A stretch of DNA of 8,015 nt, taken from positions 1-8,015 of the forward strand of contig CAYXWT010000034.1 in the NCBI GenBank assembly GCA_964468895.1. The letters are read 5' to 3'. Positions 1-5,729 of the stretch are shown here, in pieces. The notes under the pieces were generated by a model, which was not told the origin of the DNA, did no database searches, and worked only from the letters and a program-made list of their open reading frames with translations. The stretch comes from an uncultured archaeon. GTDB lineage: Archaea; Iainarchaeota; Iainarchaeia; Iainarchaeales; CSSED10-239. Position 1 is the stretch's first letter, and each line of letters opens with the position of its first letter. Both the position numbers and the translations under genes were made by a program.

Positions 1-596
1 TCTCCTTCTTTAAAAATAACTTTCTTTGAAGTATTAAATTTAGAATCTCTAAAAAATCCAACAATACTTGTATCTTTTGGCAAATCTCTTTTAAAAATCT
101 CAAATTGTTTAGCTCTATATTTAGATTTTACACTAATAATATATTCTACAATTTCAGCATCACCTCTAGAGAAAAAAGAAAGATCTAAAATATCTGGTTC
201 TGTAATTAATTGAGCAATATAACCAGCTGCTGCTGCTTCAGGATGAATAACAAGATCTATACCAAGTTTATCAAGAACTTCTTTTTGATAGTGTATTTTA
301 CTTAAAGCAATAGCAACTGTTTTAACACCTATATCTTTAGCAATTATACCTACAACTATATTAGTTTCATCTAAAGAAGTTAAACAAACAATTATATCTG
401 CTTGACTAATACCTGATTTTTTAAGAATTTCTGGTTCAGTAGCATCTCCAATTATCGTTACAACATCTAATTCATCTGAAATCTTTTTTGCAATTTCTTC
501 ATTTTTTTCAATAACAACTACATCATGATTTTCTTGATTTAATAATCTTATTAAATAAGATCCTAAGTTCCCTGCTCCAGCTACAATAATATACAT
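1..596 (-). CDS. trkA: TrkA-type K+ transport NAD-binding (RCK) subunit; N-terminal 198 codons, C-terminus cut by the window edge
   Basis: I hand-translated the minus strand from ATG 596..594. It stays open to position 3: MYIIVAGAGNLGSYLIRLLNQENHDVVVIEKNEEIAKKISDELDVVTIIGDATEPEILKKSGISQADIIVCLTSLDETNIVVGIIAKDIGVKTVAIALSKIHYQKEVLDKLGIDLVIHPEAAAAGYIAQLITEPDILDLSFFSRGDAEIVEYIISVKSKYRAKQFEIFKRDLPKDTSIVGFFRDSKFNTSKKVIFKEG. It has the GxGxxG Rossmann motif, an acidic residue after beta2 (VVIE) and the GDAT motif, all typical of TrkA_N, followed by the start of an RCK_C-like domain. It is absent from the ORF track because it has no stop inside the window. It lies 21 nt downstream of the trkH stop on the same strand. 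Confidence 0.85.
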   Translation of the reverse strand, partial: MYIIVAGAGNLGSYLIRLLNQENHDVVVIEKNEEIAKKISDELDVVTIIGDATEPEILKKSGISQADIIVCLTSLDETNIVVGIIAKDIGVKTVAIALSKIHYQKEVLDKLGIDLVIHPEAAAAGYIAQLITEPDILDLSFFSRGDAEIVEYIISVKSKYRAKQFEIFKRDLPKDTSIVGFFRDSKFNTSKKVIFKEG

Positions 597-603
597 ATCT
601 AAA

Positions 604-610
604 CACCTTT
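604..610 (-). promoter_or_regulatory. Shine-Dalgarno-like site (AAAGGTG) 7 nt upstream of the trkA ATG
   Basis: The minus strand reads AAAGGTG-tttagat-ATG. This is one of only two purine-rich GGxG sites seen before a start codon in this window. It sits in front of the internal gene of the trkH-trkA pair. Confidence 0.5.
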
Positions 611-617
611 TAAATTT

Positions 618-2060
618 TTATTTTTTTCTTTGTAATAACATACCTATTAATCCTAATATAGGTATAATTTCTAATCTTCCAACCCACATATTTATTATTA
701 ACATAATTTTAGAAACTAATGGCATAGCCGGTTGTATAATACCTATAGAAACACCAACATTACCTTGTGCTGAAATTACTTCAAATAAACTTTCTTTTAT
801 TCCAAAACCGTAAAAACTTAAAACAAAAGTACCAATTATAATAAATAATAAATACATTAATATAAAAAAATAAATATTTCTTATATCTTTATCTTCTATT
901 ATTAAATGATTATGTTTTTTTGAAAAATATGCTATATCTGGTAACTTAATACTTTTTATTTTCCAATAAATAGATTTTATGAAAATTACTAGTCTATCTA
1001 CTTTTATTCCACCAGTAGTAGAATTAGTAGACCCACCAATAACCATTAATACCATAAAAATTAATAATACAAACGGACCAGTAGATAAAATTTGTGCAAA
1101 ATTCCAATTTGTAAAACCACCACAACTATTTAAACTAACAACATTAAATAATATAGAAATCCAATCAAACCGATTATATAATTTTAAAAGAACTAATATA
1201 AAACCTATAAAAACAATTAATAACATAAAAACAAATTCTTTGTCTTTAATATATTCTTTAAAAGATTTTTTTTTAAAAAAAGAAAAATGAGTTATAAAAG
1301 AAGTTGCACCAAGTAACATAATTATTATTAAAGATAATTGTATTCCAGGTAAATCTAAAGCTAAACGCCCAGCAACACTTGAATCCATACCAGTAGTTGA
1401 TATTGCTGACATTGAATAATTTAATGAATCAAAAAAGTTCATTCCAAATATTGATAAAAGAATAATACCAATAATTGTTAAAACAATATAAATTATCCAA
1501 ATATCTTTTAATGCTTTTTTAAAACTAGGTCTAAGTCTACCATGACCTTCAGCACCTATTAATTTATTTGTATTTACAAAACTATTTGTTAATCCAAAAT
1601 AAGCTATTAAAATTATACCAATACCACCAATCCAAGAAAGTATTGATCTCCAAAGAATTAAACTATTTAAAATATTTAGTTTTGGAAAAATTGTAAGACC
1701 TGTAGTAGTAAGAGCAGAAATAACTTCAAAATAAGAATCTATAAAAGAAAAAGATCCAGCAAACATAAAAGGAAGAGAACTAAATACAGCATAAATTAAC
1801 CAAACTAAACAAATTATTAATAAATAATGTATCTTATTTAAAGAATAGTATTTTTCTATACTGTCTACTTTTATTGTTTTATACCATATTAAAGATACTA
1901 AAAAACAAACAGAAAAAGATATTAAATATAATAAAGTAATATAAATAGGTTCATAAAATATTATTGAAAAAATCACAGGTAATAATAAAGTAAAAGAACT
2001 ATAAAATAATATTTGACCAATAATTTTAAATAATAATTTAAAATTCCAATTTCTAAACAT
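618..2060 (-). CDS. trkH: TrkH/TrkG-family K+ uptake membrane subunit (480 aa)
   Basis: This is a polytopic hydrophobic protein. Four pore-loop-like motifs are spaced as in the four MPM repeats of the TrkH/KtrB family: ALTTTGLT, SAISTTGM, NSCGGFT and SAQGNVGVS. It also has the characteristic GGSTNSTTGGIKV intramembrane loop. It is immediately followed by trkA. Confidence 0.9.
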   Translation of the reverse strand: MFRNWNFKLLFKIIGQILFYSSFTLLLPVIFSIIFYEPIYITLLYLISFSVCFLVSLIWYKTIKVDSIEKYYSLNKIHYLLIICLVWLIYAVFSSLPFMFAGSFSFIDSYFEVISALTTTGLTIFPKLNILNSLILWRSILSWIGGIGIILIAYFGLTNSFVNTNKLIGAEGHGRLRPSFKKALKDIWIIYIVLTIIGIILLSIFGMNFFDSLNYSMSAISTTGMDSSVAGRLALDLPGIQLSLIIIMLLGATSFITHFSFFKKKSFKEYIKDKEFVFMLLIVFIGFILVLLKLYNRFDWISILFNVVSLNSCGGFTNWNFAQILSTGPFVLLIFMVLMVIGGSTNSTTGGIKVDRLVIFIKSIYWKIKSIKLPDIAYFSKKHNHLIIEDKDIRNIYFFILMYLLFIIIGTFVLSFYGFGIKESLFEVISAQGNVGVSIGIIQPAMPLVSKIMLIINMWVGRLEIIPILGLIGMLLQRKK

Positions 2061-2082
2061 ATATTTCTTTAATTTTAATAAC

Positions 2083-2091
2083 TTTTATAAA
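2083..2091 (-). promoter_or_regulatory. TATA-box-like element (TTTATAAAA) centred about 27 nt upstream of the trkH ATG; suggests a leaderless or very short-leader mRNA
   Basis: The minus strand reads aTTTATAAAAgttattaaaattaaagaaatatATG, with no SD between box and start. The spacing matches an archaeal TATA-to-TSS distance if the TSS is at or near the AUG. The background is so AT-rich that a chance match is quite possible. Confidence 0.3.
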
Positions 2092-2216
2092 TACTAATAA
2101 ACTAATATATTATATATATTGTAAAATATATTTTATAAAGCTTTTTATTTCAGAGATATCTTCTCTAATAATATTTACTATCAAAATTAATAATAAAATT
2201 AAAAAAAAGATAATAT

Positions 2217-2681
2217 ATGAGCCCTAAAAAAATAAAATTACCTAATAGAAAAATTAAGATTAAACCATTAAATTCACATCCCAAAAAAGAACCAACTATA
2301 TTTAATGAAAAATCTACTAAACAATTTGAAACTATAAAAACAAGATTAAAAAAAACAACTATACCAGGATCTTTAGCTAAAAAAATAAAAGATTTAAAAC
2401 CAAGTTTAAAAAATTATGCTCAGCTAAAGGAAGAATTACATAAAAGATTATTAGTAGATACAGATGCATTTAAAAAAGATATAAAAGAGACTATAAAAAC
2501 AATTAAAAAAGATTTAAATGAAAATAAAGGTGGATCTGCAAGCTTAAATTATAAATTCACAATAAATTTATATAAAGAAATATTAAATGAATTACCTAAA
2601 ATAAGTTATCAATATAAAATCTATAAAGATTTAATAAATGATTTTACAAAAAATATTCAAAAGTACCAAACACACAGATAA
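2217..2681 (+). CDS. Hypothetical Lys-rich basic protein (154 aa), predicted mostly helical; no family recognised
   Basis: A 154-codon ORF is unlikely by chance in a genome where stop triplets are very frequent. The sense strand is A-rich, like the other + strand genes. The ORF exactly fills the gap between the divergent trkH promoter region and the tRNA. No TM segment or catalytic motif is seen. Confidence 0.6.
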   Translation: MSPKKIKLPNRKIKIKPLNSHPKKEPTIFNEKSTKQFETIKTRLKKTTIPGSLAKKIKDLKPSLKNYAQLKEELHKRLLVDTDAFKKDIKETIKTIKKDLNENKGGSASLNYKFTINLYKEILNELPKISYQYKIYKDLINDFTKNIQKYQTHR

Positions 2682-2713
2682 GAACCATTTAACAAATAAT
2701 GTGACTAAAACAA

Positions 2714-2788
2714 CAGACCTAGTGGGATTTGAACCCACGATCCCATGCTTAGGAGGCATGTGCATTATCCAGGCTATGCTACAGGTCT
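2714..2788 (-). tRNA. tRNA-Arg (anticodon CCT), 75 nt, no encoded CCA, no intron
   Basis: The minus strand folds by hand into a cloverleaf: AGACCTG-TA-GCAT-AGCCTGGATA-ATGC-A-CATGC-CTCCTAA-GCATG-GGATC-GTGGG-TTCAAAT-CCCAC-TAGGTCT-G. The stems are 7 bp acceptor (one G-U), 4 bp D, 5 bp anticodon and 5 bp T, all complementary. The anticodon loop is CU-CCU-AA. This is the only GC-rich island in the window. Confidence 0.9.
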
Positions 2789-2802
2789 TTATTTTTTAAC
2801 AA

Positions 2803-3237
2803 TTATTTTTTATTAGAATTTATTTTTAAAAGAATATTTTTAATTAAAAAATAACACAAAACACTTATTGATAAAGAAATTATAAAATTACCTATTAAAA
2901 AGGTTCTAGAAAAACTATATAATAAATCTTGTATTCTAAAACTTAGTTTATCAGTTACAACTCCACCACACAGTAAAATTCCAAATTTATAACTTAAATA
3001 ATATATTGGAGCTAAAATTAATGGGTTCCAAATTACAAATGATGAAAGCAAAGATATTTTATTTATATTTTCAAATATTAATAATAAAAATAAACCTATA
3101 AAAGCTCCAAAACCAAATGTTGGTAACAAAGCTATAAATGTACCTATTGCAAAACCCAAGGCTATACTATGAGGTGAACTTTTTAGTTGTAATATTTTTA
3201 ATATATGTTTTTTAGTTACTTCAAATATCTTTAACAT
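2803..3237 (-). CDS. DUF2062-family small integral membrane protein (144 aa)
   Basis: The N-terminal SPHSIALGFAIGTFIALLPTFGFGAFIGLFLLL, followed by VIWNPLILAPIYYLSYKFG, matches my recollection of the DUF2062 (PF09835) signature (sp..iAlG.aiG.f.g.lP..G... / .NP.t..P.y...y..G). It has 3-4 predicted TM helices. Confidence 0.7.
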   Translation of the reverse strand: MLKIFEVTKKHILKILQLKSSPHSIALGFAIGTFIALLPTFGFGAFIGLFLLLIFENINKISLLSSFVIWNPLILAPIYYLSYKFGILLCGGVVTDKLSFRIQDLLYSFSRTFLIGNFIISLSISVLCYFLIKNILLKINSNKK

Positions 3238-3440
3238 TTTTGGAACATTTTTAATTATATATATTTTTCCAATATAAAACCCTTAAAAGATTATGTTTTT
3301 AAAAATTAAACACAGCATTTTAAAAATTTAAAAAGAAAAAGCCTTTTAAATTCTAAGTTATACTATATAATATATATTTATAAACATTTAAAATAATAGT
3401 CTATATAATATTTATAGTTAATATTAGTATTTATAGTTTT

Positions 3441-3448
3441 AAATATAA
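3441..3448 (+). promoter_or_regulatory. TATA-box-like element (AAATATAA) about 25 nt upstream of the kinase ATG; no SD in between
   Basis: The + strand reads ttttAAATATAAaaaaaacaataaagatatatcATG. A second TTTATAG lies at 3430-3436. The AT-rich background makes this weak. Confidence 0.25.
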
Positions 3449-3469
3449 AAAAAACAATAAAGATATATC

Positions 3470-4027
3470 ATGGATAAAAACATATTAGTTATACTTGGTC
3501 CAGCAGGAAGTGGCAAAAGCACACAATCTGACTTAATTGCAAAAAATTATAATTATAAAAAAATAACTATAAGCTCTGTTTTAAAAGAAGAAGTTCAAAA
3601 AAAAACAAAATTAGGAAAAGAACTAAATTCGACTATGCTTCAAGGAGAACTTGTACCTTATAAAATTAGTTGCGATTTATTATTTAAAAAAATCAAAAAA
3701 ACAAGATTTAAAAATATTTTAATAGATGGCTTTCCTAGACAAATTGAACAAGCTATAGTCTTTGACTATTTTTTATATACTTACAAATATAATTTAAAAA
3801 ATGTAATTTATATAGATGTACCTAGAAGAGAGTGTGTTAAAAGATTAATTATTAGAAAAAGAAAAGATGATACTAAAATAGCAATTAATAAAAGATTATA
3901 TATTTATGTTAAAGAAACTAAAAAAGTTCTTTCAAAATATAGATCTGAAAAACTATTATTACATGTAAATGGTTATGACCAAATTAATAATGTGTTTTCA
4001 GAAATTAAAAAAAAGATAAAAATTTAA
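3470..4027 (+). CDS. adk: Adenylate kinase-family nucleoside monophosphate kinase, short-LID type (185 aa), divergent motifs
   Basis: The P-loop GPAGSGKSTQ sits at residues 10-19. It has the GELVP motif, the DGFPR motif, and RLIIRKRKDD...INKRL where the LID/Arg-Asp-Asp segment is expected. The length and the absence of a Cys4/Zn LID insertion indicate the short type. Substrate (AMP versus UMP/CMP) cannot be decided from sequence. Confidence 0.8.
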   Translation: MDKNILVILGPAGSGKSTQSDLIAKNYNYKKITISSVLKEEVQKKTKLGKELNSTMLQGELVPYKISCDLLFKKIKKTRFKNILIDGFPRQIEQAIVFDYFLYTYKYNLKNVIYIDVPRRECVKRLIIRKRKDDTKIAINKRLYIYVKETKKVLSKYRSEKLLLHVNGYDQINNVFSEIKKKIKI

Positions 4028-4043
4028 AAGTTGTGTAATTATC

Positions 4044-5729
4044 ATGATTGCAGATCAAAGAGTTATTGAAAATATTAAAAAATTAAAAGAACTAGGAATG
4101 TCTAAAAATGAGATTAAAGAAAATCTTACCAAGATGGGACTTAGCGATAAAGATTGTGAAGAATTAATATTAAAAGCTGCAAATAAAGATAAAACCAATA
4201 ATGAAGATTCAAAACTTAAAACAGAAAAAGTAATCAAAATAGAAGATAATAAAACAGAAAGTAAGAATATAGAAAAACCAAAAAATGAACTTCCAAAAGA
4301 TCTTTTTAAAGAAAATAATATAAACCTAAATAAAATTGATGATAAAAAATTATCAGAAAATAAAATTTTCAGTTCTGAAAATATTGATATTAGTAAAGGA
4401 TTAAAAATAGAAGAATTGGAAGATTTAGCAAAAGATGAAAATATAAGTTTATTTTCTAAAGAAATAGAAACTAGCGAAAATAAAATAAAAAATACTGTTA
4501 AAGATAAACCTAAAATAAAAGAAGAAATAGATTCTGATTTTTTAAAACAATTAGAAAACAGTTATTCTAAAGAAGCAACTAATATTAAAAAAGAATCTAC
4601 TAAAGAAAACATTTCAAAAAATAATTTTGATTTTAATGTTAATTCTAATAATAATATTTGGCAAACTGGATTAGTTTCAACAATAAATAGTAAATTAACA
4701 GATATAGAAAATAAACAAAAACAAGTAGAATCTTATCTTAAAGATAAAATTGATAACGAAATTAATAAATATTCAAAAATACAAAAAACAAATCAACAAT
4801 TACTAATTCATCAAGTTAATGAATCAATTTCACAAGAAGTTGTTAAAATTCAACAAAGTTCGACTAGACAATTAATACAAGTTAAAATTGAACAAGCAAA
4901 ACTAAATAAAAAAACAAGTGAAATAAAAAGTGGAAAACAAGAAATAGAAGAAGCACTTAAAGAATTTAATAAAACTAAAGAAAACTTATTAGAAGACAAT
5001 ACTAAAGTACAAGATGAAATTAAAAAACTAAGTGCAACAACATCAGTAAAGTTAAATGCCAAAATGAAACAAATTAATGAAATCTTAACTTTACAATCTA
5101 GAATATCACAAGGACTAATTAAGAATACACAACAAGCAATAAATACAAAAATAACTGAATTATCTGATTTTAAAAATACAATTAATTCACAAATGGATCC
5201 TCACAAATTATATGAAAAGTTAAATGAAATTGAAAAATTTAAAGAACAACTAGCTAGCAGATATGAAAATAGATTTGAAAATGTAAAAACTGAATTTTTA
5301 AAAAAAGCACAAGTTGCTTTTAAAAATGAATTACATAAAGAACTTACTGATATTAAAAAAGTAAGAGATGATATTGCTAATAAAACTGATCCTGAAATAA
5401 TAAATAAAAAAATTGAAGAGTTAGAAATTTTTGAAAAACATCTTCTAAATAATATAGATGAAAAAATTAGCCAATCATTAAAAATATATGAAAGTGGCAT
5501 TAATCAAGAATTTAAAAACAAAATTAGTAGATTAGATGATTATTATAGTAAGGTAGAAAATTTAATTAAAAAAATAGAAAATAGTCAAGAAACTTTAAAA
5601 GAGATTAATAATTTTAAAGATCAATTTATTGCTATTATTGATAAAAATATAGAAAAAATGAATAGTAAAATGACCTTAATTGATGATAAATTAAAGTCAT
5701 TTAAAAAAGATGATAATAAAAACATCTAA
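4044..5729 (+). CDS. Long coiled-coil protein (561 aa) in three parts: N-terminal ~45-aa three-helix (UBA-like) head, K/E/N/D-rich low-complexity linker, ~350-aa heptad-rich C-terminal rod; no TM or signal peptide
   Basis: The head is RVIENIKKLKELGMSKNEIKENLTKMGLSDKDCEELILKAA. Residues ~50-205 are low complexity. Residues ~210-555 are continuous helical and heptad-like (for example IEQAKLNKKTSEIKSGKQEIEEALKEFNKTKENLLEDNTKVQDEIKKL). No Walker motifs are present. The start is 16 nt after the kinase stop on the same strand. Confidence 0.8.
   Translation: MIADQRVIENIKKLKELGMSKNEIKENLTKMGLSDKDCEELILKAANKDKTNNEDSKLKTEKVIKIEDNKTESKNIEKPKNELPKDLFKENNINLNKIDDKKLSENKIFSSENIDISKGLKIEELEDLAKDENISLFSKEIETSENKIKNTVKDKPKIKEEIDSDFLKQLENSYSKEATNIKKESTKENISKNNFDFNVNSNNNIWQTGLVSTINSKLTDIENKQKQVESYLKDKIDNEINKYSKIQKTNQQLLIHQVNESISQEVVKIQQSSTRQLIQVKIEQAKLNKKTSEIKSGKQEIEEALKEFNKTKENLLEDNTKVQDEIKKLSATTSVKLNAKMKQINEILTLQSRISQGLIKNTQQAINTKITELSDFKNTINSQMDPHKLYEKLNEIEKFKEQLASRYENRFENVKTEFLKKAQVAFKNELHKELTDIKKVRDDIANKTDPEIINKKIEELEIFEKHLLNNIDEKISQSLKIYESGINQEFKNKISRLDDYYSKVENLIKKIENSQETLKEINNFKDQFIAIIDKNIEKMNSKMTLIDDKLKSFKKDDNKNI

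Noticed and set aside
979-1290. A 103-aa + strand ORF from the track, embedded in trkH
   Set aside because: It lies entirely antisense to a confidently identified TrkH coding region. Its translation is low-complexity (K/N/I/T-rich) with no motif. This is the expected shadow ORF of an AT-rich gene.
2151-2166. A small inverted repeat AGAGA-tatct-TCTCT (containing GATATC) between trkH and the 154-aa gene
   Set aside because: The stem is only 5 bp and has no flanking T-run in a sensible orientation, since both neighbouring genes diverge from here. It is too weak to call a regulatory site.
2682-2802. The tRNA-Arg as an integration (att) site for a mobile element
   Set aside because: I searched by eye for a second copy of the tRNA 3' half (GGTTCAAATCCCACTAGGTCT or its complement) elsewhere in the window and found none. 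No integrase, recombinase or phage-like genes flank it. A partner att site outside the window cannot be excluded.
3238-3469. Short direct repeats in the divergent promoter region (TATTTATAGTT at 3409-3419 and 3428-3438; TTTTAAAAATT at ~3297 and ~3319) as a possible repeat array or operator set
   Set aside because: These are 11-mers made only of A/T with one G, in a spacer that is almost pure A/T. Chance recurrence or overlapping TATA-like boxes are the likeliest explanation. There is no regular spacing or repeat-spacer structure resembling CRISPR.
4055-5500. Three minus-strand ORFs (4055..4237, 4850..5062, 5201..5500) inside the coiled-coil gene
   Set aside because: Their S/L/F-rich translations are simply the antisense reading of K/E/N-rich codons (TTT/TTC/CTT complements). 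They are short, have no start context and overlap a much longer coherent ORF.
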